Under the pieces are notes generated by a model, which worked only from the letters and a program-made list of their open reading frames with translations, made no database searches and was not told the origin of the DNA. This document shows, piece after piece, positions 34,362 to 47,609 of a DNA stretch of 64,000 nucleotides. The translations under genes and the position numbers were made by a program. This DNA is from Selaginella moellendorffii (taxonomy: Eukaryota; Plantae; Lycopodiophyta): assembly GCF_000143415.4 (NCBI RefSeq), contig NW_003314334.1:513614-577613 (forward strand), given 5' to 3'. The first letter of the stretch is position 1, and each line of letters begins with the position of its first letter.

Positions 34362-37300
34362 GGTTGAAACCTCTGAGACTTCCAAGGCTGCAACAGGGAC
34401 TGCGAGATCGCGTTGTACACCCCCATCTGCTGCTGCTGCTGCTCCTTGAGGTGGAAGTCATGGCTTTGCTGCCTAAAAAAATCGGCACTGCTCGCGTTCA
34501 TGTCCGGCCTCAGTTGCTGTTGCTGGTGGTGGTGTTGTTGCTGTTGCGGTTGTTGTGGTGGTGTTGCGGTAGCAGATTGTTTCGCCATCATGCCTTGGCC
34601 GCCGAGCCCCGGCATTCCAAACAACGGGCCCCCGGCGCTCGTGGCGTTGCCGCTGCTGTTACCGTACGCTGACAAGCCATGGAACGCCATGGTGGACGGA
34701 ACGGATGCCGCCGCCGCTTGTTCGGCGTTGGACCGGCCTGGATTCGCATGCTCCTGTCCAAACACTCGCGGCAAACCACCGCCACTGCTGCTGCTCTTGT
34801 CCCTTGCGCCTGATTCCTGGACCCCCAAGGCTTTCTGCAGCGACCACGCGCCCCTCGACGCGTCCATGCCTGAAAATCCTACGCTACCGTTTGGACCAAA
34901 CTTAGGAGGTGCTGGAGCTGGATACCTGCTTGCCTCGGCTTGGTTCTCAGCTGCGGCACTACCGCCTGGATGATCTCTTTGGAGCGGAGGAGGAAACCTC
35001 GCGGGCGGCTTCTTTAGCTGCTGCTGTGGCTGCTGCTGTTGCTGCTGCTGCTGGGCCACTGCCTCGACGTTCCTGTAGTTTTGAACCCCGTTCCTGTGCT
35101 GGTGCTGGTGCTGCTGGTGCTGCTGCTGGTGCTGCTGTTGTACGTCGAAAACTTTCGAGACAGTCGGCCTGAATGGAAGCTGTACAGGAGCCGCAGGAGC
35201 ACTGGCAGAAGTAGTTGCCATGCTGGATGGTACTTCAATCGCAGGAGGTTGCTGTGACGAGTCCTTGGCCTCGTCCCTTGGAAGAATCTGTTGTGCCGCG
35301 GGCTCGGTTCGTAAGCAGTCAGGTCGTGAAGACTTCTCATGCTCTCCAACCCAACCGGGACCAAACGGAACATTTGGAGCCAAAACCTTACGAATCTTCC
35401 TCGCAACAAAGTCCCAGGCCGGACGCTTGAAGTTTGCACCGAACAAGGCGAGGCTTTGAGCATACGAGCCACCATATTGAACTCCAGACTACAATACAGA
35501 ATCTATTAGCATCATGAGGCAGGCGGGAATAATGCTTACCGGAACAATTTGTGCGACAACAGCGTCCTCAAAAGGCTCGGGAGGACGGTAAGTGTGACGA
35601 CGATTCTCATCGACAGTAAGTAGTCGGCGTCCGTCCTTGAGAGAGGCAGCTTTTGATAAAGAACCTGAAAGTAACACGCACAGGTGATCAATACGATTAG
35701 TAAAGCGCAAACAGCAGCGTTTTTATACCTTCCGGAAATTCGAAATCGTTTGCAGAACTTTGAAATGGAGAATTTGACTTGTGAGATAAATCAGCCACCC
35801 GGTCAATGGTCGATGCCTTCTTTCCATCCGCTAAGCCAGCCCCGGGCGTTACATCAGTGCCTTGCTGTTCAGAAAACCTTCTGGTTGTACACCGCTTTAG
35901 CTTGGATTGTTTCCCAGGGCCCTTGCGGTGACCATTGAGCCGACCTTTCAAGACATCAAAAGCTTTTCGGGCGATGTCCTTGATAGCTTTGGCCTGTTTA
36001 TTATCGGTGCAAACTGTAAGAATCAGTTTGAAAGTTTAACAAGCTCAGACCTGTTTGTAATAAATTGTTCTCGGAGCGTTGTATTTCATAGCGTTGCTGC
36101 AAATTAAATTAACATCCCTCTGCGATAGGAGGCAATTAGTCAACAGTTCCCGGAAGAAATATCAGCTCTCACCTCAAAAAGCTCAATGGATCCGTATGCC
36201 CCCTTGGAGAGTTTCTTTTTTATCGTACTGAAATCCATGGGCTCCTTGATGATGTCCAGGTAATCTGGTATCTGCAACGAAACCAAATAAGCGACCTGCA
36301 ATGAGGGATATCACACGGATGAACAGACCTCTTCAGGATCAACTGGCTCAGCAAAAACTCCGTATGTATCTTTCCTACAGACCAGAAACCATAAGCAATG
36401 CTCGCTCCGCAAAATTGGAAACAATTACAGAACTCACTTTTGGAATCTCTCCAGAAGCTCTTCAAGGACCCTGTGTGGAGGAGAACCATTCTCGAGCAGT
36501 CCTGGAAGACGCAACGCACCCATTAATTCTCGGAACCGTGAAATCCAAGAGTAAAACTAACCGGAAGTCGGTGTTGGGACAAATCTCACATCTTTCTCCT
36601 GTTGCTAAGATGAGCAAACTCAGTTAAGTGATCAAACACAAACGACTAGCCATACCTTCATTCTCCGCTTGGAACCATCTTCGGCATCGGCTGTGGAGGC
36701 TGCGACCTTCTCCTCCTCGCCTGTGCCCTCGGAGGCGTCTCTAAACTTTCGTTTCCTAGAAGAATGCTGTTGCAAGCCCTCGTCTTCCATGGACTCGCTA
36801 GCACTGGCACTGGTAGTGGTAGTGGTAGTAGTAACGGCTGCCGGTGTTCTTTGGCGATGCTCCACGGACCCTCCAGCTGCTGTGGCTGCTGCCGCCGTGC
36901 CATTCGATCTAGCCTCTGGATGCCTCGACCTCGTACCCCCTGACGGCGAGGAGAGCCCGCTAGATCCAGACCCTAGACCTGTAGACGCGACGCCATTCGA
37001 GGCCGGGGCCTTAGATCTCACGCCCTGGGACGGCGGTGGGAGCTCGGGGGCGTCCTGCTGAGGCTTCCGGAGCTTAAGAATGAGCTTGAGCTGCTTCTTC
37101 TTGGGAGAGAGCGCCGATGCCTCATCGTCACGCGAAGATCGGGGCTTGGTGACGGGCTTTGTGCTAGAAACCGGTGCCGGGACCTTCTTAGCCTCGATCG
37201 GCTGCTGGATCGACGAGGACGGCTTCTTTGGCAGCTTGCCGTGGTGATTCCCGGCCCCGTGCTTATGATTCGCAATATTCTGCCCAGCCGCTGGCTGCCT

Positions 37301-37744
37301 CGCGAGATTGTGCTCGTGCCGCGGGAGATTCTGCCCAGCCGCTGGCTGCTTCGCGAGATTCTGCTCGTGCCGCGCGAGAATCTGCCCAGCCGCTGGCTTC
37401 TTCGCGAGATTATGCTCGGGCCGCGCAAGATCCTGCCTGTGATTGACAAGAACCTGTTGCGTCTGCCGCAGATTCACCCCGCCGGGCTTGTGATTCGCGA
37501 CACCGTGCTTCACACCGGGATTTCGCCGTAGATCCGCGGCGCCGTGCTGCTGCTGCTTGAGATTCGTCCCCTGGAGGAGGCGCTGGTGGCGCTGGGAGGC
37601 GGCGGCGGCGGCGGCGGTGGCGGAGGAGGAGCAAGGCGCCGCGCCAGACGATGAGGGCAAAGAATGTGGCGGCGGAGGAGGAGGAGGAGGCGGTGGAGAA
37701 GAGGAGGAGGGATAGTGGTGGGGGTGGGTGTCCTTGTCCGCCAT
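34085..37744 (-). CDS. Bromodomain protein of the BRD1/2/13 (SWI/SNF-associated) type; multi-exon, Gln-rich
   Basis: Spliced KDTYGVFAEPVDPEEIPDYLDIIKEPMDFSTIKKKL...ICSNAMKYNAPRTIYYKQ bromodomain; DENRRHTY, YARSLA...VPFGPGWVGE and terminal PDLALQL motifs. Confidence 0.88.
37275..37430 (-). repeat. Three-copy 51-nt coding minisatellite (17-aa LARHEQNLAKQPAAGQN unit)
   Basis: TGCCCAGCCGCTGGCT recurs at 37281, 37332 and 37383. Confidence 0.9.
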
Positions 37745-38912
37745 TCCATAAGACAATGTGTCACGCCCGCTCCCGCGGCGTTGCAGCACATACATACATG
37801 GCACCACAGCACCACATAAAAAGCGCCCAATTTTTAAGGGCCAGCGCCAGGGCCAGTAGTAGTAACTATAGTGGTAGCCTCCCTACAAGAATGGTGAATG
37901 GGTGCGCTATGGATGGATGGATGACACATCCATGGTATTCGATCATAGGGAAATCCCCACACCACACACAAGGGATAAGACCCACACACACACACCGCGC
38001 GGGGAGGGCACACCTCACCCTTCACACGCCACCAGATATGGTGGAACTGCTACCGCGGTGGCCACCGCGCGGCCACCGCGCGGCCACCGTGCGGGCCCCG
38101 CGCCGTCGGGATATCCGGGCGGCCAGCGGATATTCCGTCGGTCTGGCGAAGCTGCGCGGAAGGCAAAGGGGTGTTAGGTGGAGCCCGGTGCGTGACACGT
38201 GTACGGCGAGGGGTATATTTCTTCTCTCGGCACGGGATATTCGCGGCTCTGTTTGACTGTTGGAGTGTAGTGTAATGTAGCAGCGCGCACACTCTGTGTG
38301 TGTATGTGCGTGACAGCTTTCTGGCTATGGCGTTGGCGAGCCTTTCTCTTTGTTTTTTCACAGAGCCTGGATGATGGTCGCGATCAAGGACAATAATCTA
38401 AAAGCTTCTCTCTATCACACCAAACACACTTTAGAGTTTATAGGCGGTGGTGGTGGGAAAAAAAGTTTGGCTTGAGCAATGAGAGCGAAAAAAAGAGAGC
38501 GATTTTTTGGTACCTGTAAGCATCATCTCCCACTGGAAGAAGAAAAGGTGCGAGCAGGAGGAGGCCAATCAATGTCGTCTTTCTTCTGCTTCATCGTTTG
38601 TTCGTCTGTCGCCGCGTCGTGTGTCATAATGCTGCGCTGTGAATCAGGGAAGCCTCGCTGTTTAAGTGGAACACTGTAATTCGTGCCGGATCATAGCAGC
38701 AGCACCTGGAACTTAGAACTTCAAACTTGAAGAGACCTCTTAATCCTGACAAAAGAAACGTACCAGATTTTTGGTTTTCTTTTTGCTTCTTTTTCGAGGA
38801 TTTCGACATTTGGATCTGCTGTGCAGTGACAAAGTCAGCGAAGGAAAAAACAAGCGAAGGAAAAGAAGAACCTGTGAGGAAGATCGAAGACTGACCACCA
38901 TTCTGGCCTTTT

Positions 38913-41317
38913 TCAGGACTTAAGTAGGACCTGTGGATCGAAAGGAGTCCGCCTGTCTTTGCTCATGTACCTGATGGAGCGCTGCAATATCTTCTGCATT
39001 GGAGCGTCAGGCTCCAGCCGGGAGTCCCTGAAGTCCCTCTGGATCCGATACACCTTCTTCGCGTCCCTCAATGCGATGCTGTTCTCGAGGAGAAGGCTGT
39101 AAGTGGTGTTGTCAGGCTTAAATCCCCGAGCCTTCATGTCGTTGTAGACCGAAAACGCCACTTCGATCACGTCCTCCTTTGTGAGTCCTCGCAGCAGCGC
39201 GTTCCAGGTCTTTACGTTAACTTCCACTCCTTTCCTGAGCAAGCCTTGCATGAAGTTGTAAGCCGACTTGGTTCTTCCGGCGTTGCCAAGGCAAAGTATG
39301 ATCGCTGTGTAGGTGTAGATGTCCGGCTTGAGCCCATCTCTTTTCATCTCCCGGTAAACTTTGCGAAGCCTTTTCCTTCGTCCCCGCCTGGCCAGCCCAT
39401 AGAAGAGGAGATTGTAGCTCCATATGTCCGGGACGTGGCCAAAGTACTGCATCTCCCGAAAGATGTTGTAAACCAGCGATGGCTTGTATGACGTCCCGAC
39501 CGCTCGGAGCAACGAGTTGAAGACGCGGGTGTCGAGACGGACATTTTTCCGCTTCATCTCTTCAAACAGCTGCAAAGCTCTGTTGACTTTGCCGGCTCTT
39601 CCGTAGCAGTCGATCATGGTCGAGTAAGTCATGGTGTCCGGTAAGAGCCCCAGCTTCTTCATTCCCTCGAAGTACATGGCCGCCATCTTCGTCTTGTTGG
39701 CTTTGCACAGACCCGAGACTATGTAGTGATAAGTTCCCACGTCCGGTGATAGCTGATCGGTTTCGAACATGTGAAAAACCTTGAGAGACTTTGTCAGCTC
39801 CGAGTCCTTGACCAAGTTCTTGATCATGATGTTGTAGGAGCTGACGTTGGAGATACGATATCTTCTCATGCGTGACAGTATCCTCGCGGACCACTTGTGT
39901 TTTCCGGCCTTCCCAAGGCAGTCCATGAGAAAATTCCCGGTCTCCACTCTAATGTCCGAGCCTGTGATCGGGTACTCTTGGAACAGTGTGTAAGTTTGCT
40001 CGGCCATCCCTGCCCTTAGAAGAATGCTGAAAAACTTCTCTGTCGTGTCCGCGTTCACACGAACCATGCTTTGGAGCATTCCGAGGAAGAGTATATGCAC
40101 GGCCGAGAGATTTCCCACTCTTTCAAACGCGTCGATCAGTGTAAAAAAGATCCCTGCTGATGGCTTTGAACCTTCCAAGAGAAACTCTCCCAGCATCTTC
40201 TTGGCTCTCTCTTGTTCTCCAGACTTTAGCAGCAGGCAGACGAGTAGACTGTGCGTTGTCGTCGATGGCAGAAAGCCAAAGTCCTTCGTTGCCTGGAGAA
40301 CTTTGATCGAGCCTTCGATGACATCCAGATTACTGAAGCTTCGTATCAAAACTTTGAGAGTTCCACCACTAATGTTCGAACCGTGGATATCGTTAGCCGA
40401 GTCCAGAGCTTGCATAGCGGTGAAAACTTCCTGTAAGTTTCAGAGTTATAAGCGCGAATCAAATGCGTAAAAACAACCAACCTGGTCGATCAGATTAGCT
40501 TGTGTTCCTCCAGTCCAGACCCTGCGAACATAAAACTTTAGAAACAATAGAAAACGAGAAGCTTGAGTTCCTACCTTCTTGTCGGACTCTCTACCAAGGA
40601 TTCTTCCTCAGCCTTGGCATTCGAAGAAACCAAAGCCAGCGCCTTCTCTCGCTTGAGTCGCTCCAGGAACACCGAGATCTTTGAGCGACTTGATTCGATC
40701 TTCGTCTCCTCCATCTGGAAGAATTCGTTTCCAAATTCCAAGCTCGGCACCTCGAGATCAATCCGGTTGTTCACAACTGCGGAAGTAGCAGCAGTAGCTT
40801 CAAGAACTTCCGGAGCTTTCGGAAAGACTTGCACCTCTTGTTCTAGCTCGAGAGGTGGTGGAACCAGATTTTTTTCTTCCACCACCACCACTGGAGGTCT
40901 GCGCCGAGCCACCTTCTCTTTCATCTTCTCCCACCTCGCCGATTTCTTCAAGGACGTATCGCCCTGGAGGGGCTTGAGACTTCCCAAAAAAATAGCCAAA
41001 TCCATTCCTTTCGACTCCTCAGATTTTCCCTTCGCCTGTGCGCCTGGCTCGATCCTGTGCTGCTGCTGCTGCTGGAGCGCTTGATCCTCTCGAAAATCTA
41101 GCACAGACTGCAAGGAAACCTTCGGAGATCTCTTGGCGACCAGAGGGGGATTGAAATCCATGGCGCTCTTGCGGAGCAGCGCCTTGCCGTGAACGCGCAA
41201 GAGGAGCTGGACATCGCTGTCTGTGATCCCTGCATTCTCCAAGGCTGCCGTGGAGAAGCCATAGCCTCGACGAAGAGCATACCTTAACGCGCGCTTGGAG
41301 AGATCGCCATGCCTCAT
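38913..41317 (-). CDS. P-class PPR protein, probably mitochondrial; 3 or more exons
   Basis: Tandem 35-aa P motifs (PDTMTYSTMIDCYGRAGKVNRALQLFEEMK etc.); Arg-rich presequence-like start (LRRGYGFSTAA); two short introns between 40430 and 40575. Confidence 0.85.
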
Positions 41318-41358
41318 AGAAGAACTAGCGCTTCCTCTTTATTTTAGGGTTCTTGAGG

Positions 41359-42502
41359 ATGGGCGAGGTAGGACACGGCAATGCGGCTCGACGACGCAAG
41401 CGCCACCGCGGGATTTTCGCGAATCTCTTCTCCATCTTCGCGTGCTTCAGTCCCGTTGCTGGATTGAGCGGCGATCGCCGCGAGGAAGGCGTTGTTTTGG
41501 ATCGAGACAAGGGTTTGGCATCGTCTTCCGGTAGAGAGCCGCGCGATCTTGATCGCGACGAGCAGCAGGAGCAGATTATCCTTCCATTGATGTCACAGTC
41601 GTCGTCCCTGATCTCACAAGAGCTCCAATCCGTGCTACATTCCGCGCTGCCTACGCTAGCTCGGCATCGGCATTGGCTTCTCCTCTACAGGTAATGTGGT
41701 CGATCCATCGCTGCTGCCCACGATTTCCATGCCTTGGATCAGCTCAGCACTTGGAGAGATGGAATTTCGTTGCTTACACTGTACCGCAAGAGCTCCACTG
41801 TGATTGGCCACTGCTTATTGGTAAGAAGAGAATCATTTAATTTTCATAGCCAAGCCCCTTCTAGTTGTTAGTGATGATCAAGCAACTTTTCTTTGACATC
41901 GTTTTCGATTCTTCAGGCTGTGGCAGACACTAAAGGGACTGTTTTTGGAGCTCTTTTGTCTGCACCATTGAATCCAAGCACAACGAAAAAGTACCAGGTT
42001 TGTCTTTATAGCCGATATGTGTCTCCAACGTGTTTGATCCTGGATGGTTTTCCAGGGGGATGCGAACACGTTCGTTTTCACTACTGTTTCGGGGGCTCCA
42101 CAAGTGTTCCACTCAACAGGCAAGTGATGTTTCCTTTCTATACGTTTCATTCTTTTCCAAATCTCAGACGTTAGTGTGATAGGTGCCAATCGATACTATG
42201 TTCTCTGTACCAACGAGGCGCTGGCTTTAGGTGGTGGTGGTCACTTTGCACTCTACCTGGACAATGATTTGTAAGCGTTCCTTGTGTGGATAAGTGTGCC
42301 ATGCAATTTTGCTCACTCGGTCGGTGCTGTTTCTTTCAGGCAGAATGGCTCCAGTGGCGAATCTCAAACTTTCGGCAATACATGTTTGGCATTCGCCGAC
42401 GAGTTCAAACTGAAAGACGTTGAGGTTTGTGTACTCTGTCGCGTAGCTTCGTTCTCATAATCAGTTCTTGTACTGCAGCTTTGGGGTTTCCAACGCAATT
42501 GA
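41359..42502 (+). CDS. TLDc-domain (oxidation resistance OXR-like) protein
   Basis: WLLLYSTWRDGISLLTLYR, DTKGTVFGALL, TFVFTT, ALALGGGGHFALYLD, SQTFGN, VELWGF; short introns, one of them GC-AG. Confidence 0.9.
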
Positions 42503-43185
42503 GTGCTCTAGTTCCTAGAACGGGATATTCCAGATGATATGTACTCAAGCGGAGCACAGATGACCATTGACTAGGCAAGCAAGGAAATGAGTTCCTGGCT
42601 TTCTTCTGACAATGTCTCTTTCAGAATAATTCTGTACTTGGTCAACTGCGAAATTTATAGCTCCAATTTTTCCAGCTCAAGAAAGGAAATCTTAAGTTGT
42701 CTACTTGCACCAGGTAACCTATATAGTCAACACTGCTGAAACTTTCTCACCCGCTGGATGACTTCATATCAACTTCAGGTGGCCACAATGAAGTGAAGGG
42801 TGCCGTTTTTCTGGAAATGAGTAGTGGCAAGGGCAATCTTTTGAGTTCCCCGAAACACGACAATTCTCTCCGTCCGAGCCGTCGAGTTGGCTGGACACGC
42901 CAAGGCCAGGACTATAGAGGCAAGTTCGGTAATGCAGTAGAACTTCGGATGGTGTAATCAGCTTCCAGCAGTGTTCGTGGAGTCTTTCTGGCAGACAGAT
43001 CTGGATCAAGTGATCTTTCGCTTTGCAATAGTCCTGGACTCCGTTTTCCTGCGGGAATCAAGACAAGAAGTCGAAGCAACGAAATGAAATGATTCAAAGA
43101 CAAGGAAGAGGGGAAATTTGGTTGATAAAGTTTTTGCCACCAAGATCAAAAGCTTTCTACTTATTCTGCTTTTCTCTAAAGAAAG

Positions 43186-44322
43186 CTACTTGCAGAAGGC
43201 ACTTAATCCTGGTCCTCCATAGAACACTCCTCCTTCAGTCAGGAGAGAATTGTAACACTCTGGATGTGTAGCATAAGTGGAAAGCTTAGCAGGCTCCACA
43301 CTGTGGTTGAATTGAGTTAGAACTTTAAGATCAATGATGGAACTGGCCCAGGAAGCCCCAGACTCTGCAAAGTTTCCACTTCCCATTTGTGTTCTGGTGT
43401 GTCTGTTTGAAGGCCTAGTGTTCATCACTTCTCCACCCCACTGGACCACACTTGCAAAGTCTTCCAGCATGTCAGCAGGCCAGTAACCTATCACAATATC
43501 TGCAAATGTGAGCCACCATTTCCCACTTTTTTTTTCCTGAGAAAAAAAAAATGTAAGCTAGTTGGTAGCTTTGAAACTGTAAAACAGGTTTTGTTACCTT
43601 GGCAATGGACACGTCCACTATATATTGATCTCCATTTATTGAGGAAAATGGTGGTGGCAAAGAAGCACCCAGTGTCACTTGTTTGTTGGTCTTCACAAAA
43701 CCCTTGCACTCCTGATTGTAGCAGCCAGTTTTGTGGAATCCATCAACCTGTGTGGATTTGAAATTAGCTCTCTTCACGAAGAGTCTCTTGACTCACTCAC
43801 AGTCCAGTATGTGAAAATTCTAAGGCTTTGATTCACTTCTTTGTAAAGTGCTGGATACACCTGGAACAAAAATCAGATTGTCAAACTAATAACAATAAGT
43901 ATAAGAAGAAAAGAATGCTTACATGCACTCCAGCTTCTATGACTTTAGTATTGTTGTTTGAGAAGAGAGAGATGAAAGATGCACTGTATTCTTTGGAACC
44001 TTCTACCACTGGCAGCCATACATTCAGTGTAGCCTTGGCACCCAAGAATTTTCCCTCAGCTGTAACACCTGCTTGCTGTTTAATATACATTTTAGAGGCA
44101 ATCTATCTCAAAAGTTTATCCTTTAAACCTCAAATTTTGTTGAGTTGTTGTGGGTTTTCTGTACAGGTGAATGAAGCTAAAAATTCCAAAGCCAAAGACA
44201 TATTAAAATAAAAAACATCTTGAAACAGAATTTAGAAATACTACCTCAATAATTTGCGCTTTCACATAAATAGTAAAAAGCAGTGCTTGGAAAACAAACC
44301 AAAGAAGCAACCTTGTATGCAT
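43186..44322 (-). CDS. Secreted neprosin-domain (DUF239) protein; 5 exons
   Basis: Signal-peptide exon 44322-44245; GAKATLNVWLP, VIEAG, FTYWT|VDGFHKTGCYN, IGYWP, QWGGEV, TQMGSGNF, YGGPG. Confidence 0.88.
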
Positions 44323-44508
44323 TCTCACCAAATTTCCTTGCACAATCATTGATTGCTTATTCATTTATATGAGGAAAAAAATTAATCATATACAACAAGA
44401 AGCTTTTGACTTCCGCGCTTCTGTGTTTTTGGTCATTCTGCAAAGTCATGCTCGCTTTTGTCTTTAAGGGAGAATCGATTAGAGTCCACAGAAGGTGCAA
44501 TGTGCTTC

Positions 44509-46821
44509 TCAAATGTCTTCCTCCATAAGTTTGTCTGCGGATCGAGGCAAGAACGGCTCGAACGTAGAGATTACTGTGAGGAACGCGAACACGTTGAGGA
44601 AGAAAAACACCAAATGGTCACCTGAAAGCTTCTCGAATCAACAAAACTAGACAAATGCAAGGAAAAGCTTAACGAACCAGGTAGAAACCACGCGTCTTGT
44701 CTCGTTTGAGCCCACGCAAAACTGCCACCATTCAGTCACTCGTTAACATTACCACTGGTTTGCCTGAAAAGTTCGAGAAAAACTTACACAATCCCTCCGG
44801 CTGCTGGTCCTATTGCTTTAAAAACTGAAACGACGCTCACGGAGAATCCATTAGCAGCGCCCCTTTGGCGTTGCTTCTGTAAAACAACAGCAGCACGTAG
44901 AGTTACTAGAGGAAGAAAAACTGGTTCGTGAATAGCGTACCACCGTATTGTTAATGAGCATGAAAGAGCCGGTCATTGCTGCGACCTGTACAGCTCCAAA
45001 TCTCTCAACTTCATTCGACAATCAAGATTACAATATCTTACCGTGAGGACGTATTTCATAATCGAAGCCGAGAAAACTATTAAATGTGTCCAGGTACTGT
45101 TGTGAATTTTATTGAAGAAAGGGTACAAAACTAGCAGCGGAATAGTAATAAGCTGGCAAAACACTTGCGTTTAGAAAGAACAAAGAAAGAAATAAGAACG
45201 GAAACTTACTGCTGCATAGCGACAAGATCGGATTGCTCCAATCAATCTAGCAACAACAGGAAACAACAAAGACTGCGCCACAAGCATGGCGAATCCTACA
45301 AGTATCAAGTATTTTGTGATTAGTACCACTAGAAATCGTAAGAGACTCACCAGACACTCCTAGAACTGCACCAACATTAGAGCTTGTGAACCCAAGGCCG
45401 CCGTATGCGCGTGGGCTGACAGACCATAGCGAGAAAGTCTGTAAAACAAACAGGTTGAGTCACTAGAAAAATAAAACCGGGTTGCATACCTCTGTATAAG
45501 CAATATCATGAAGAGACCAGAAGCAGTAGACAGCTGTGGACGCCATCAAAGGCCAGTTTGTCCAAATGGACTGGTCCTCCTCTTGTGACTTATCAACTGA
45601 GGACTCCTCGTCCTTCACCGTGTTGTGATGTTTGTGCAACGTTTCCTATGGAATGGTTATTGACAACAATGCTCATCGCAATTGCGAGCTTACCGGAAGC
45701 GCAGGGATCACAAAAAGCGCAACTACAGCAATAGCGGAAACGCAAAGTGCTTGCAGGAGATATGGAAATCTGAGAGAAAAAAAATCAAAAAGAATTCTGC
45801 GCCAAATGATCATCATTACCTTGCAAAAATGCTGCCCTTTGTGAAGACATTCGGAAATTTCTCAGCTGGCTGAAATGACCAAAAAAAAACAAAATGTAAG
45901 CGCAGATTCTTGGCAATAAATTCCATAAACCTGAGCCAAGAATCCCCCCAACGATGGGCCAATAATCAATCCCAATCCCCAAGCGGTCCCAACCTGAACG
46001 AACTCTCGTTTTGGTTGACAGAGTGTAAATGCAAACTTAAAAGCCTCACCGTCGACATACCAACAGCCTGATGCTCCTCGCTGCAAATCTCAGAAGCATA
46101 AGCTTTCACCACTCCGAGAACCCCATTGAAGCTCCCAAGAATAAAACGGGTTGCCAGAGCCATTGCGAAATTAGTACTCAATCCGAAGAGGGTGTTGAAC
46201 ACCAGTCTACAAGAAAAAACACACAAACACACAATCAGGATTGATCACGAACTCGAGAGGCAATAGATATACATACACTGAAGTGATGCCAAGATACATA
46301 GCAGACTTTCGACCATACTTGTCTGCAATCCTCCCCCAGACAAGTCCAGTCACAGCTCTTCCAGCCATAAACGAAGAGCCTGGAAACAAAACTAGTGAGC
46401 AAACGGAAATGATCTAGAGAAGCGTCACGCTCACCAAGCCAGCCAGCATAATATCCAATGTCTTCATCCGATTTCGCGACGTGAAAGTCTTTCACCTGTC
46501 ATAAAGAGAATGAAAACAAGCACAGTAACATCTCGAGACACTACCATGAAATACACAAACGGGTACAAAACCGAGATTGGCAGACCTGCAGAAACAAAAT
46601 TGAGAGACTAGGAAAAAAGAGGGCATCTACCTCAGCCACTTACAGTTGCCGAGGATAACAATTCCCAGAAAGCCCAGCAGCTTGTATGGCACCGGCGCAT
46701 TTTGCCGTTGGAGATGCGCAGCCTTGCAGCCGGGGCAATCTGGATGGCCTCCTCCATCCTTGGAAACCAGCAGCGGCACCACCTGCTCTTGCACTTCGGC
46801 TTGACGTGCAGCCGAAGTCAT
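44509..46821 (-). CDS. ZIFL: ZINC INDUCED FACILITATOR-LIKE MFS transporter, copy 1
   Basis: CPGCK, KDFHVAKSDEDIGYYAG, WGRIADKYGRK, KAYASEIC, GLIIGPSLGGFLAQ, SPRAYGGLGF; many short introns. Confidence 0.9.
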
Positions 46822-46982
46822 CCTCCCCTTCTGAACTCCTACAAACATGACAGCAGAGCTGTATTTATAGTCAGCTATAGACAAGCAATGAAATAACTTG
46901 GAAGCTACTTACCGGTTGCGTCACCTATCACAACACTGATTCCCGTTTTCAGTCCGTAAAACCAGCTCTCTTCGAAATGACT

Positions 46983-47331
46983 CATGTAGAGCCCATCCCG
47001 CTTGCTAGCAGAACATGAGGTGGGTTCCAGCAAAGGCGAGCTTGTCCAAAGCATAGCTTGCCTCGCTCAAGTTCCTGTGAATCTTGCAAGCGTTTAGTAT
47101 AGCACCCCACGCGGACGTCGATTATCTCAAGCTCGATGATCTCCGTTGCTGCAAGCCAGAATTTTTAACTTTATGGGTTACTTGCTTACAGGTAGGAAAG
47201 ACAAGATTGAGCTCGACAAGAACGTTGTCGCTACAAAAACTCCGCCTTGCCACCTGAAACATTTCACGTTTTGTACAAAAGGAAATGTGTTTCCAGCTTA
47301 AAGACTCACAGGGGCTGAAGGAAACGGCCAA
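46983..47331 (-). pseudogene. Chimeric remnant: methyltransferase 3' fragment fused to PPR 3' end
   Basis: 46983-47123 matches 50018-50169; 47124-47331 matches 51914-52152 with deletions. Confidence 0.88.
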
Positions 47332-47609
47332 TGGTTGTCGTCAACCTCCTCCATGTCGAAACGGAGCATCGCTCCATCGGCAGTCTCGCGCAAACAATCC
47401 ACGGACGCCTTTCCCTTCGCTGGCTGTTTGCTCTTCCGAGTCGGGCAAACCTCGACTCCATCTCTCTCCGCAATCAACGCACTTCCCTTGCTTCATATCT
47501 TCTTTTTCGACCGCTTCTGAGGAGTCATGTATCATGACATTGTTTTCTCTACGCGAGTCTGTGCAGAGTCTTGTTTTAAACATGAGAATCGATATTGCCA
47601 ATGAGGATA

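Noticed and set aside
38053-38105. GGCCACCGCGC tandem repeats in a GC-rich stretch
   Set aside because: Short promoter-region repeat with no supportable function.
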